The notes beneath the pieces were generated by a model. That model worked only from the letters and a program-made list of their open reading frames with translations. It did no database searches and was not told where the DNA came from. The position numbers were made by a program, and so were the translations under genes. DNA of 64,000 bases from the NCBI GenBank assembly GCA_041665345.1, contig JBAYJA010000002.1, positions 18,649 through 82,648 on the forward strand, read 5' to 3'. The stretch comes from Patescibacteria group bacterium. GTDB lineage: Bacteria; Patescibacteriota; Patescibacteriia; PEXW01. Positions 20,452 through 30,615 of this stretch are shown piece after piece (position 1 is the first letter of the stretch; each line of letters opens with the position of its first letter).

Positions 20452-21717
20452 TTACTTTGCCGACGGGGTAGTTACCAGGTACACCACCGCGGCTTTATCA
20501 TCGGTAATGTACAATCGGCCATCCGCTGTCGGTAGCACATCCACGGGTCTGCCCAAGGCGCCGTCTGCCGTGAGCCACCCAGAAATGAAGTCATGCGTGT
20601 CACCAGCTGATCCGTCAGCAGTGATATCAATCCGCACCACTTTGTACCCCGTGGGTTGGGTGCGGTTCCACGAACCGTGGTAGGCAACCAGCAGATCACC
20701 ACGCATGTCTGCTGGCCAGGCTTCGGTATCTGGGATAAAGGCCAGACCAAGTGGGGCAGAGTGTGCTTGCAGGTTGATATGTGCAGGAACGGCAGTAGCG
20801 CAGCGTGTGGCCGCATTCCGGCTGAAGTTCAGGTCTGCCACATTGTTGCCGTAGCAAAATGGCCAGCCGTAGAATTTGCCGGCTTCCAGAATATTCACTT
20901 CATCTGGTGGGAGATTGTCACCCAGCAGGTCGCGGCCGTTTTCCGTTGCCCAGAGCTTTCCATCCGCTGGTCGAAAAGCCAAAAACGCTGCATTACGCAA
21001 GCCTGTGGCAAAAACCTTGAAGTCAGATCCATCGCGGTTCAGGGAGTAGACCGTTGCATTTTGTTGGTTTGACTCATTGCAGACATTGCAGCTGGAACCA
21101 ATGCTCACGTACAGCCGCTTGTCCGAGCCAATGGCTAAGGTACGGCGATTATGGTTGTTCCCATCAGGGAGGTCTACGAGTTTTTCCAGCGGCGCATCGC
21201 TGTTCAATCGTGCTTTGCTAATGCGGCGCTCCTCGGCAATGTAGAGTAGGTTCGCATCGTCCGGATCTAGCACCAAGCCGTGGGGGTTGCTGAGATTTCG
21301 GAAGGGAGTCGTTTTCTCCGTCACCTTTCCATCCACCACCGTGAGTTTTGTCACTGTCCCTTGGGTTAGCTGACTCACCCACAAGTTTCCTTCGGCATCT
21401 TGGGCGATGTCCCGGGCTCCCACCAGCAGTTTGGCAAAAACGCTAATGGAAAAACCTGCAGGTAAGGTGAGAGGGAAACCCGTTGCGTTGTGCGAGACTT
21501 GGGTAGAAACATTTGCATTTGCGGTTGGTGTGGTGTTCGTTGCCTGAGTATTCGTGGGTTGGGTGTTGGCGTTTTCCAGCAGGTCCACAATGTCCTGCGG
21601 TGCGGGTTGCACAGCTGGGCCAGCCCCGCGAAAATTCCGGTACGCAAACACCCCCAGGGCAGTGAGGCCAAGGGCAAGAACGATGATAATGGTGACAACT
21701 GCCAGGCGGCGTGGCAT
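20452..21717 (-). CDS. PQQ-dependent sugar (glucose/sorbosone) dehydrogenase family beta-propeller protein, membrane-anchored
   Basis: GSDH-family motifs ATGLRNAAFLAFRPADGKLWATENG...DEVNILEAGKFYGWP. N-terminal TM helix plus a T/N/A-rich linker. Confidence 0.75.
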   Translation of the reverse strand: MPRRLAVVTIIIVLALGLTALGVFAYRNFRGAGPAVQPAPQDIVDLLENANTQPTNTQATNTTPTANANVSTQVSHNATGFPLTLPAGFSISVFAKLLVGARDIAQDAEGNLWVSQLTQGTVTKLTVVDGKVTEKTTPFRNLSNPHGLVLDPDDANLLYIAEERRISKARLNSDAPLEKLVDLPDGNNHNRRTLAIGSDKRLYVSIGSSCNVCNESNQQNATVYSLNRDGSDFKVFATGLRNAAFLAFRPADGKLWATENGRDLLGDNLPPDEVNILEAGKFYGWPFCYGNNVADLNFSRNAATRCATAVPAHINLQAHSAPLGLAFIPDTEAWPADMRGDLLVAYHGSWNRTQPTGYKVVRIDITADGSAGDTHDFISGWLTADGALGRPVDVLPTADGRLYITDDKAAVVYLVTTPSAK

Positions 21718-21721
21718 GTGC

Positions 21722-22183
21722 TTACTGTACTTGAATTTCCTTTTTCAGGATAGTGTCCCGGTCTTTGAAGTGGAATGTACCGTGAATATTTTTTCCTTCC
21801 AAAAGCAAGGGGAGCCAGAAGATATCGTCTGGCCACATGTCCGCGTAGGGGACAGCGGCATGCAAAAACCACAGTGGCCGCATTTCTTCAGACTCAGTAG
21901 CCTCGCCAGAAAATTGCGTAGTACTAAAGAGGTGGACGACCAGGGTTTCATCCGGCTTTTCCACAAATGAAAAACGGAGTACGCCGCGTGCCATGAGGTT
22001 GTCTGACGTAATCCCAGCTTCTTCTTCCAGTTCTCGCTTTGCTGCTGCTTCAATCGTTTCGCCTTCGTGCACTTTGCCCCCAAAGCCGTTCCACCGACCT
22101 TCCCCAAACCCGCGTTTCTTCATACCCAGCAGAATGCGCTGATCATCGTACACAATCACAAGCGTGAGGTGTTTTTCGGTCAT
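21722..22183 (-). CDS. NUDIX hydrolase
   Basis: Nudix box GGKVHEGETIEAAAKRELEEEAGI. Confidence 0.88.
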   Translation of the reverse strand: MTEKHLTLVIVYDDQRILLGMKKRGFGEGRWNGFGGKVHEGETIEAAAKRELEEEAGITSDNLMARGVLRFSFVEKPDETLVVHLFSTTQFSGEATESEEMRPLWFLHAAVPYADMWPDDIFWLPLLLEGKNIHGTFHFKDRDTILKKEIQVQ

Positions 22184-22204
22184 GGGGGAAGTATAGTGGA
22201 GAGA

Positions 22205-22251
22205 ATAGCGAGTTGGCCAGTTTTCGAGTTAGCGAGCTGGCGCGTTGGTAA
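22205..22251. repeat. Intergenic repeat (ATAGCGAGTT ... GCGAGCTGGCGCGTTGGTAA), copy 1
   Basis: 20-nt exact match and 10-nt exact match with 50121-50159. Confidence 0.8.
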
Positions 22252-22331
22252 AGCGGGTTCCTATTGACTGTAAGTAACTCGTTTGCTAGGTTGATGTATT
22301 CAGAAAAACAGAAATTCCTAAAGGAGGAAAA

Positions 22332-22706
22332 ATGGACCTTCAATCAATCCTAGCGGCGATCGATAGTTTGTCGATGGAACAGTCTCGTCAGCTACGTTCA
22401 AAGCTCGATGACCATTGCGAAAAAATTCGTGCAAGCCTAACCGCGGCATTGCCAGAATTACTTCAGGAGAAGTATGGGGATTGGGACAAAACTTCCAACC
22501 TTGTGTGGAATCGTGAGTGCGAATTCTGGATGTTTGAGGGGGTTGGAATGGAACTGACCGAAGATCAAATCGACGAGTACCGGCGGAAAGCTATGGTAAT
22601 GCTCGAACCAGTGATAGCTGCCTGGGAACCCCTCGGTGTCGAATTCGATGTTGTGACGCACCTTAAGTGTAATAACGGTCTTATCATGGCGTACTTCAAG
22701 GCTTGA
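22332..22706 (+). CDS. Hypothetical protein
   Basis: AAAGGAGGAAAAATG Shine-Dalgarno. 124-aa ORF followed by a hairpin+T5 terminator. No recognisable domain. Confidence 0.6.
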   Translation: MDLQSILAAIDSLSMEQSRQLRSKLDDHCEKIRASLTAALPELLQEKYGDWDKTSNLVWNRECEFWMFEGVGMELTEDQIDEYRRKAMVMLEPVIAAWEPLGVEFDVVTHLKCNNGLIMAYFKA

Positions 22707-22727
22707 TGTTGTACGCAAAGAATTTAC

Positions 22728-22757
22728 AAACCACGATTGCAAAGTCGTGGTTTTTCT
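22728..22757 (+). terminator. Rho-independent terminator
   Basis: ccacga-N8-tcgtgg stem followed by TTTTTC. Confidence 0.7.
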
Positions 22758-22912
22758 ATTTGACAGTACATCAAATCGAGCTATCCTGGACATATCCGTA
22801 GTGAGGAATGGCCACCCTTCCTACTTCTCCATCAGGAGTGACGTTGGATACGGCTGCCGCGAGTGTTGGGGGAGCGTCATACTAGTTGCTCCTTGTATAC
22901 TAAGCCCAACAA

Positions 22913-23656
22913 CTATACTCGCGGCTTTTCTTTTTTCGTCCGCACAAAAGTCCGCTTTCTGTTCTTAGATAGTCTCCTTTCAATTTCTGGGTGGCGTTTC
23001 AGGTATGCAGCAAGTTGCGCTGGCAGTGCATTTGCCGGAACAATTACCTTAACACCCGGTGGAATGACTCGCTGTATTTGTTTCGCAATAATTCCAAAGT
23101 GGGTGCAGGCTAAGATCAGGATGTCGATACCAGAAAACTTTTGCTGCAGTGTTTGTAGCGTTGACTGAATGAATTTCGGTTTTTTAGATTCAACCGCGAG
23201 GACAAGTTTGAATGTTGGAATTCCCGTAACCTGTGTTCCAGGAAACCGAGTTTTGATTTCCGTTTGAAAAACTTTTGACCGAATGGTACTGGGTGTCGCT
23301 AAGATACCAATATGTTTCCCTTTGTGCTTCTCTACGTGTTCGATGGTTGGAATGACAATTCCCAACACGCGCCGGTCAGGGAAGTGTTTGGGGAGCCACT
23401 GCTTTTGGATTTTTCGTAAGGCTTGGGCTGAGGCGGTGTTGCATGCCAAGATTACCAGAGCGCAATCGTGCTCGAAGAGATAGTGTAGGGCTTTTGTGAC
23501 GAGTTTGTAGATTTGTGCCGGCGACTTGGTGCCGTAAGGGAGATTGGCAGTATCCGAATACGCCAGGTAGTCATACCTGGGTAACTTTTTCACAATTTGT
23601 TGTAGGACATGCAAGCCTCCAAGGCCAGAGTCGAATATGCCAATGTAAGTACTCAT
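22913..23656 (-). CDS. murI: Glutamate racemase
   Basis: IGIFDSGLGGL...ACNTAS motifs. ATG at 23656-23654 overlaps the upstream stop by 1 nt (TGATG). Confidence 0.9.
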   Translation of the reverse strand: MSTYIGIFDSGLGGLHVLQQIVKKLPRYDYLAYSDTANLPYGTKSPAQIYKLVTKALHYLFEHDCALVILACNTASAQALRKIQKQWLPKHFPDRRVLGIVIPTIEHVEKHKGKHIGILATPSTIRSKVFQTEIKTRFPGTQVTGIPTFKLVLAVESKKPKFIQSTLQTLQQKFSGIDILILACTHFGIIAKQIQRVIPPGVKVIVPANALPAQLAAYLKRHPEIERRLSKNRKRTFVRTKKEKPRV

Positions 23657-24420
23657 CAATTTTTTTTCTTTGATTTAATTCGGTACCCAAAACGCGTAGC
23701 GCCTCCATAGGAATTCTTTACTACCGGAGATTTGGCGTATTCTTGTAATGATCTAAAGAAACTAACAGACTTTGCTCCCCTTAAGTGGAAGTTAATATAG
23801 TTAATTTTATTTTTTGTTAATATATGATGGTATTTATTTTCAAGATCACGAGCATACATCATTTTCCATGCATGAAATTCTTCTTGATCTAATTTAGCAT
23901 TTTGAATTTCATTTATAACACCTGGCATCAGATAAAAAATTCTATAAAAAATTGTGTGGAATTTAATAATTTCTTTTCTCGATATTTTTTTATTATGAAG
24001 GAATTCAATTTCCTCCTTATGAAATTTTATCCAGCTCAAGTGATAACCGTGAATTACAGTATTCCTAACTGGGTAAATTTCTTTTGAAAGTTTAATTGCT
24101 GCACCAATAATAGTTTTTGAGAAATTATCTTGAAAATTCTTCTGAAAAAATTCTAATTTTTTCCAAGGAAAGTCCCTAATAATCCTGTTAGCCCATTCCC
24201 TTTGCAAAGTGACATCATGATTGAAAAGTATTATTGCTTGATTGATAATTTCAGTAATGTAATATTCAAAAAAAATTGAAAAAAATAAGGCACCAAGAAC
24301 AATTTCCTTAGGTTTAGGTTTTTTCTTTCTTAAAAATTTGTTGCAAAATTCATTATAATAGAGCTCAGAACCAAACTCATTTCCAATAATTATTTTATAA
24401 ATGAATTCCTTTTTCCCCAT
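23656..24420 (-). CDS. AT-rich orphan protein with HEPN-like RNxxxHG motif (candidate toxin/abortive-infection RNase)
   Basis: Roughly 28-30% GC over 765 nt against about 55% in the surroundings. 254-aa ORF with motif RNTVIHG at residues ~139-145 and Lys/Ile/Phe/Asn-rich composition. Stop overlaps the murI start. Confidence 0.6.
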   Translation of the reverse strand: MGKKEFIYKIIIGNEFGSELYYNEFCNKFLRKKKPKPKEIVLGALFFSIFFEYYITEIINQAIILFNHDVTLQREWANRIIRDFPWKKLEFFQKNFQDNFSKTIIGAAIKLSKEIYPVRNTVIHGYHLSWIKFHKEEIEFLHNKKISRKEIIKFHTIFYRIFYLMPGVINEIQNAKLDQEEFHAWKMMYARDLENKYHHILTKNKINYINFHLRGAKSVSFFRSLQEYAKSPVVKNSYGGATRFGYRIKSKKKN

Positions 24421-24748
24421 ATTTCAAAAGTAGCACCGCTGGTATTAAAAGAAAAGCCAAAAAACCACCTATTGGTGGTCTAATCAATCAACATGCAAAT
24501 TGCTACTTCGTTGGTACAGCAGCCTTGGCTGCAGCCTGGGTCACTTGCTTCGCATTTGTTCGAACGCACGACGTACACGCCATCACCCGCTTTCCTTTGA
24601 GGAAAAGGGTTTGGAGGTTGACATGCTGCCGGCGGATGGTAGCAATGTTGGAGTGGCTCCGGCTATTCGCCTTCAGACTCCCTTTGCCGCAAATGGTGCA
24701 ATTACGTGCCATATAAGGTATGCTGGGTGCTGTGCCGGGAAGCCTACC

Positions 24749-25420
24749 ATGTCTTTTTCGCTCAGGCAAGTCCATGACCGTATGCCCTTCCTCCACCTCC
24801 TCACCACGAATCCGTTAGAAGCCGTTGCTTGGGTTTTGGCCATTATTTTGGCCATTACCGTGCATGAATTTAGCCATGCCCTGGTGGCTTGGCTGCAAGG
24901 GGACTCTACCGCCCAGTTGGAAGGCCGGGTCACGCTCAATCCCATAGCGCACGTTGACCCCGTTGGGTTCATCGCCCTCATTTTGGTGGGTTTTGGCTGG
25001 GGCAAGCCGGTGCCATTCAATCCGTACAACCTTAAAGCCAAACGCTGGGGTCCAGCCCTCGTTTCACTTGCCGGCCCTGCGTCCAACCTCCTGGGGGTTG
25101 TAGTTTTTGGCTTGGTACTCCGGTTGGTACTGCAGTTTTCAAGCTTACCATCAGACAACTTACTCATCACTTTTCTCATCCTGTGCGTGCAGTTCAACGT
25201 GGTGCTCATGCTCTTCAACCTGCTGCCTGTGCCGCCATTGGATGGGTCAAAACTCCTGCAATTGCTCCCATCCCGGTTTGACTATATCATCGAAAACCTC
25301 AATAAATACGGGTTTATTATCCTCCTCGCCGTGGTATTATTGGGTCAGCCATTCCTTAGTCGGATTTTTGGCGCAGTGACCGATTTTATGTTCAGTTTGA
25401 TTCTGAAGGGTCTCGACTAA
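24749..25420 (+). CDS. M50-family (site-2 protease-like) zinc metalloprotease
   Basis: HEFSHAL HExxH in a TM helix, multiple TM segments and an LLPVPPLDG motif. Start uncertain; ATG 24749 chosen. Confidence 0.75.
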   Translation: MSFSLRQVHDRMPFLHLLTTNPLEAVAWVLAIILAITVHEFSHALVAWLQGDSTAQLEGRVTLNPIAHVDPVGFIALILVGFGWGKPVPFNPYNLKAKRWGPALVSLAGPASNLLGVVVFGLVLRLVLQFSSLPSDNLLITFLILCVQFNVVLMLFNLLPVPPLDGSKLLQLLPSRFDYIIENLNKYGFIILLAVVLLGQPFLSRIFGAVTDFMFSLILKGLD

Positions 25421-25545
25421 CGTAGGGCTGCACACTTCGCCTTGACGTACCTGACTTCTCATGGTACGCTCAGCCCTGTTCTGAGGTCGCGGTTCCCCGC
25501 CCACGGATGAGCGAGGCGCTTTCTCACTAGCTACATTTTTTTCTC

Positions 25546-25959
25546 ATGCCAACGGTCAACCAGCTCGTCCGCCTGGGACGACATACAAACCTGAAGAAAT
25601 CAAAGACTCCGGCCCTCCAGCCGGTGCTGAACGCTTTGAAGCGCCACCGACATGAATTGCCGGAAGGTAGCCCGTTTAAGCGTGGTGTGTGCGTGAAAGT
25701 GACCACGACCACCCCCAAGAAGCCAAACTCCGCACTCCGCAAGATTGCGCGTGTTCGGCTGTCCAACGGTATGGAAGTCACAGCGTACATTCCGGGGATT
25801 GGCCATAATTTGCAAGAGCACTCCATTGTCCTCATTCGTGGCGGCCGGGTGAAAGACTTGCCAGGTGTGCGGTACCACATTGTTCGCGGAGTCTACGACA
25901 CCCAAGGTGTTGCCAATCGCAAGCAAGGTCGCAGTCTCTACGGTGTAAAAGCCAAGTAA
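25546..25959 (+). CDS. rpsL: 30S ribosomal protein S12
   Basis: MPTVNQLVR...[10 protein letters not shown]. Confidence 0.95.
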   Translation: MPTVNQLVRLGRHTNLKKSKTPALQPVLNALKRHRHELPEGSPFKRGVCVKVTTTTPKKPNSALRKIARVRLSNGMEVTAYIPGIGHNLQEHSIVLIRGGRVKDLPGVRYHIVRGVYDTQGVANRKQGRSLYGVKAK

Positions 25960-25960
25960 T

Positions 25961-26425
25961 ATGCGCGGAAAACAAGCACCCCGTCGTGTCATTGCCCCAG
26001 ATCCGCTCTTCCAGAGCATTCCTTTGGCAAAATTTATCAACTACGTCATGCAGCGTGGCAAGAAGACCGTGGCACAGAAAATTGTCTACGGTGCTTTGGC
26101 CATTGTGAAAGAGAAGACGGGTAAACCAGAAATGGAGAGCTTTGATCTAGCCATCCGCAACGTGGCGCCGGTGGTGGAAGTGAAAGCCAAGCGCGTGGGT
26201 GGTGCAAACTACCAAGTCCCCATGGAAGTCCGCGGTGATCGTCGGATGGCACTGGCCTACCGTTGGTTGCTGGACGCAGCGCGGAATAAGAAGGGGAAAC
26301 CCATGGCGCAGAAATTGGCTGCAGAATTGCTGTCTGCCTTGGCCAATGAAGGTGATGCGGTGAAGAAGAAAATGGACGTGCACCGCATGGCAGAGGCCAA
26401 CCGTGCTTTCGCTCACTTTGCATAA
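25961..26425 (+). CDS. rpsG: 30S ribosomal protein S7
   Basis: Typical S7 sequence in str operon order. Confidence 0.95.
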   Translation: MRGKQAPRRVIAPDPLFQSIPLAKFINYVMQRGKKTVAQKIVYGALAIVKEKTGKPEMESFDLAIRNVAPVVEVKAKRVGGANYQVPMEVRGDRRMALAYRWLLDAARNKKGKPMAQKLAAELLSALANEGDAVKKKMDVHRMAEANRAFAHFA

Positions 26426-26518
26426 GAAAAGCGAATTTTCGCTCAACTGTGGCAATCGACTTTTTCCTGCGGCCGCGTGTGCCGCGGTTTCTATAACTAG
26501 CGATTTTTCAAACCCAGT

Positions 26519-28609
26519 ATGCCTAGAGAATACTCCTTAGAAGATACCCGTAACATTGGCATTATTGCCCACATTGACGCGGGAAAAACCACGGTTTCCG
26601 AGCGTGTGCTTTTCTACACCGGCAAGAAGCACAAGATTGGTGAAGTGCACGAAGGCGCAGCGGAAATGGACTGGATGGAACAGGAGAAAGAGCGCGGGAT
26701 TACCATTACCGCCGCCGCAACTACCTGCTTTTGGAAGAACAAGCGCATCAACCTGATTGATACCCCAGGCCACATTGACTTCACCGTGGAAGTGCAGCGA
26801 TCTTTGCGCGTGCTGGATGGTGGTGTGGTGGTTTTTGACGGCGTAGCGGGTGTGGAATCCCAATCCGAAACCGTCTGGCACCAGGCTGAAAAGTTTGGCG
26901 TGCCCCGCATTTGCTTTATCAACAAGATGGACCGCATGGGCGCGGATTTCTACTACGATCTGAAGAGCATCCACGAACGTTTGACCACGAATGCTCATCC
27001 ACTGCAGCTGCCCATTGGCGCGGCAGAGACGTTTACGGGTCTCATCGACCTGTTTACCCGCAAGGCCTACATTTCCAAGGACGATTTAGGGAAAGACATT
27101 GAAGAAACGGATGTGCCGGCAGACATGAAGGAAAAAGTGGAAGAGTACCGCCACAGCCTCATTGAAGCCATTGTGGAGCAAGATGAAACCTTGCTGAGCC
27201 AGTATTTGGAAGGGAAGGAGCCTGAGATTGATGCCCTGAAGGCTACCCTCCGAAAGGCCTGCATTGCGAATAAACTGGTGCCAGTGCTGTGCGGCTCTGC
27301 TTTGAAGAACAAAGGTGTTCAAGCGCTGCTGGATGCAGTCATTGACTTCCTGCCGAATCCGCTGGACGTGCCACCGGTCGTTGGGAAACATCCAAAGACA
27401 GACGAGCCGGTTGCATGCCCACCTGATGACACCAAGCCTTTTGCTGGTCTCGTTTTCAAAATTGCGGCTGACCCGTTTGTGGGCAAACTCGCGTTCTTCC
27501 GGGTGTACTCTGGCATGCTCAAAGCCGGTTCCTACGTGCTGAATACCAGCACGGGTAACCAAGAGCGCATCGGCCGCATTGTCCGTTTACATGCCAACCA
27601 CCGGGAAGATGTGAACGAAGTGTACGCCGGCGACATTGCCGCTGCGGTGGGCATGAAGAGCACATTCACTGGCCAAACCATTTGCGACCCAGACCATCCA
27701 TTGGTTTTGGAGAGCATTGTCTTTCCCACGCCGGTCATTGACCTGGCCATTGAACCCAAGACCAAAGCTGACCAGGAGAAAATGGGCACGGCTATTCAAC
27801 GTTTGGCAGAAGAAGACCCAACCTTCCGCGTCAAATTCAACGAAGAAACCAACCAAACCATCATCTCCGGTATGGGCGAATTGCACTTGGATATTATCGT
27901 TGACCGCATGAAGCGGGAATTCAAAGTGGAGGCCAACGTAGGTAAGCCTCAGGTAGCGTACAAGGAAACCATCAAAGGCACGGCCGAAGGTGAAGGGAAG
28001 TACATTCGCCAAACTGGCGGTCGCGGGCAGTACGGCCACTGCTGGGTCAAAGTTGAACCCAATGAGAAGGGGAAAGGCTACGAATTCATTGACGAAGTGA
28101 CGGGTGGTGCTATTCCCCGCGAGTACATTCAGCCCATTAACAAAGGGATCCACGAAGCATTGGAGCGCGGCGTCATTGCCGGGTACCCCATGGTAGACGT
28201 AAAAGCAACGGTCTATGACGGTAGCTACCACGATGTGGACTCCTCCGAAATCGCCTTTAAAATTGCGGGTTCCATGGCTGTCCAGACTGCTGTGAAGAAG
28301 GCTACCCCCGTGATTTTGGAACCAATCATGAAAGTAGAAGTGGTTACCCCAGAAGCGAACATGGGTGACGTGATGGGTGATTTGAACTCCAAACGCGCGC
28401 AAATTAAGGAAATGCGCGATCGTGGCTCTATGCGCGTGATTGATGCAGAAGTACCGCTGGCAGCGATGTTTGGCTATGCCACCAGCTTGCGCTCCATGAC
28501 CCAAGGCCGAGCCTCGTACAGCATGGAATTCTCCCACTACGCCGAAGTACCAAAGAACATTGCAGCCGAGCTGATTGCCAAAGCCGCTGGAGAAACCACC
28601 CGAGTGTAG
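26519..28609 (+). CDS. fusA: Elongation factor G
   Basis: [10 protein letters not shown]1 motif. 696 aa. Confidence 0.97.
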   Translation: MPREYSLEDTRNIGIIAHIDAGKTTVSERVLFYTGKKHKIGEVHEGAAEMDWMEQEKERGITITAAATTCFWKNKRINLIDTPGHIDFTVEVQRSLRVLDGGVVVFDGVAGVESQSETVWHQAEKFGVPRICFINKMDRMGADFYYDLKSIHERLTTNAHPLQLPIGAAETFTGLIDLFTRKAYISKDDLGKDIEETDVPADMKEKVEEYRHSLIEAIVEQDETLLSQYLEGKEPEIDALKATLRKACIANKLVPVLCGSALKNKGVQALLDAVIDFLPNPLDVPPVVGKHPKTDEPVACPPDDTKPFAGLVFKIAADPFVGKLAFFRVYSGMLKAGSYVLNTSTGNQERIGRIVRLHANHREDVNEVYAGDIAAAVGMKSTFTGQTICDPDHPLVLESIVFPTPVIDLAIEPKTKADQEKMGTAIQRLAEEDPTFRVKFNEETNQTIISGMGELHLDIIVDRMKREFKVEANVGKPQVAYKETIKGTAEGEGKYIRQTGGRGQYGHCWVKVEPNEKGKGYEFIDEVTGGAIPREYIQPINKGIHEALERGVIAGYPMVDVKATVYDGSYHDVDSSEIAFKIAGSMAVQTAVKKATPVILEPIMKVEVVTPEANMGDVMGDLNSKRAQIKEMRDRGSMRVIDAEVPLAAMFGYATSLRSMTQGRASYSMEFSHYAEVPKNIAAELIAKAAGETTRV

Positions 28610-28777
28610 CCAGAAAGTTGACACGATTCAGTAGATGTGTTGGAATGGCGTTTCAGGGGTGAAGACTTGCGCCATTTGCGAACCCCTGCTATACTCGCTC
28701 CTGCACCTGCAGGTTTGCCTGCAGGCTCAGCCGTAGTTACTTTTTCTCACTATTTTACTTCGCTAACCGTAACGACC

Positions 28778-29962
28778 ATGGCAGACAAATTTGACCGATC
28801 GAAGCTCCATGTGAACGTGGGAACCATTGGCCACGTTGACCATGGAAAGACCACCCTCACTGCGGCAATCCTGAAGACCCTTGCGGACAACGGGATGATG
28901 GCTCAGCAAAAAGGGGTTGACCAAATTGATAACGCGCCTGAAGAAAAGGCACGTGGTATTACCATTGCCACCGCACACGTTGAGTACGAATCCGAGAAGC
29001 GCCACTACGCGCACGTGGACTGCCCAGGCCACGCGGACTACGTGAAGAACATGATCACCGGCGCAGCCCAGATGGACGGCGCAATTCTGGTGGTTTCTGC
29101 TGCTGACGGTCCCATGCCCCAGACCCGCGAGCACATTCTCTTGGCTCGACAGGTTGGCGTGCCCTACATCGTCGTTTTCCTCAACAAAGTTGACATGGTG
29201 TCTGACGCGGAACTCATTGACCTGGTGGAAGTGGAAATCCGCGACTTGCTGAAGAAGTACGAATTCCCAGGGGATACCACCCCAATCATCCGTGGTTCAG
29301 CTTTGAAAGCCCTGGAAGGGGACAAGGCCAGCCAGGAATCTATCCTCCAATTGGTCAAAACGTTGGACGAGTACATTCCTGATCCAGCGCGCGATTTGGA
29401 CAAGCCATTCCTCATGCCTGCCGAAGACGTCTTCTCCATCGAAGGCCGTGGCACAGTGGTCACGGGTCGTATCGAACGCGGGGTCATCAAAGTGAACGAC
29501 GAAGTGGAACTGGTTGGCCTCCGCGCCACGCAGAAGACCGTGGTGACTGGCATTGAAATGTTCAACAAGTCCCTGGATCAAGGTCAAGCTGGTGACAACG
29601 CCGGTTTGCTCCTCCGCGGTACCAAGAAGGACGAAGTGGAACGCGGGCAGGTCATTGCCAAGCCCGGCACCATCACCCCTCACACGGAATTTGAAGCAGA
29701 GTGTCTGATTCTCACCAAGGAAGAAGGTGGCCGCCATACCCCATTCATGAAAGGGTACAAGCCACAGTTCTACCTCCGCACCACAGACGTCACCGGTGAA
29801 ATCATGTTGCCCGAAGGTACGGAAATGGTGATGCCTGGCGACCAGCTGAAATTCGTGGTGAAACTCGTCTCCCCGGTGGCTTTGGAAGAGAAGCAACGCT
29901 TCGCCATTCGCGAAGGTGGCCACACGGTCGGTGCCGGTGTCATTACCAAGATTTTGAAGTAA
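28778..29962 (+). CDS. tuf: Elongation factor Tu
   Basis: [30 protein letters not shown] 28778 chosen over the spurious upstream in-frame extension. Confidence 0.97.
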   Translation: MADKFDRSKLHVNVGTIGHVDHGKTTLTAAILKTLADNGMMAQQKGVDQIDNAPEEKARGITIATAHVEYESEKRHYAHVDCPGHADYVKNMITGAAQMDGAILVVSAADGPMPQTREHILLARQVGVPYIVVFLNKVDMVSDAELIDLVEVEIRDLLKKYEFPGDTTPIIRGSALKALEGDKASQESILQLVKTLDEYIPDPARDLDKPFLMPAEDVFSIEGRGTVVTGRIERGVIKVNDEVELVGLRATQKTVVTGIEMFNKSLDQGQAGDNAGLLLRGTKKDEVERGQVIAKPGTITPHTEFEAECLILTKEEGGRHTPFMKGYKPQFYLRTTDVTGEIMLPEGTEMVMPGDQLKFVVKLVSPVALEEKQRFAIREGGHTVGAGVITKILK

Positions 29963-29970
29963 ACTTTCTT

Positions 29971-30010
29971 CCCCCGTCCTCCGCCTCTGGCGGGGGGCGG
30001 GGGTTTCTCT
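29971..30010 (+). terminator. GC-rich hairpin plus U-rich tract after tuf
   Basis: ccgcc-tct-ggcgg core with extended G/C arms followed by tttctctctc. Confidence 0.55.
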
Positions 30011-30038
30011 CTCCGTTCTTTCTGCACGTTTCCCATCC

Positions 30039-30398
30039 ATGCCAACGCCTGAACCCGCCATTCCCCAGACTGTGCTTGCCCCCGAGGAAGAATCCCACCA
30101 GCGGATTCGCATCCGCATTCGTGGGTATGATCACAAGATCATTGACCAGTCCATTCACACGATTATAGAAACCGTGAAACGGACGGGTGCGAGCGTGCGC
30201 GGACCAGTGCCGTTGCCCACGGAGAAGAATCGCTTCACCGTCATTCGCTCCGCCTTCGTGCATAAGAATTCCCGCGAGCAGTACGAAATGCGAACCCACA
30301 AGCGTTTACTGGATATCGTTGACCCTACAGCCAAGACCGTGGATGCGCTCATGAATTTGAACTTACCGGCCGGGGTTGACGTGGAAATTAAAATGTAG
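30039..30398 (+). CDS. rpsJ: 30S ribosomal protein S10 (N-terminally extended)
   Basis: [12 protein letters not shown] core with about 17 extra N-terminal residues. Confidence 0.9.
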   Translation: MPTPEPAIPQTVLAPEEESHQRIRIRIRGYDHKIIDQSIHTIIETVKRTGASVRGPVPLPTEKNRFTVIRSAFVHKNSREQYEMRTHKRLLDIVDPTAKTVDALMNLNLPAGVDVEIKM

Positions 30399-30615
30399 GA
30401 AGCTGCAGTGCCCTGCGCCCACGCGATGACGAATGTCACCCCGTGCGCAGAGGGTACCAAGTGTGCCCATCGTTAGGCTAATAGGTTCTGGGGCCAAGAA
30501 GACTTGTACTGGTTGCGCGAAGCCCTGGATAACGATTTGCCGATAGTCTGTGTTCGCCAAAGGCGAATCAGTCCATCTGGCAGTATGACCGCCAGATTTT
30601 TCTTTACCTGTAACT

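Noticed and set aside
28637-28777. Upstream in-frame extension of tuf (ORF start 28637)
   Set aside because: The canonical EF-Tu N-terminus MADKFDRSK begins at ATG 28778. The extension has no homology and would overlap the fusA terminator region.
30425-30475. 16-codon mini-ORF with two Cys in the rpsJ-rplC spacer
   Set aside because: Too short, with no SD. Mentioned only as part of the spacer observation.
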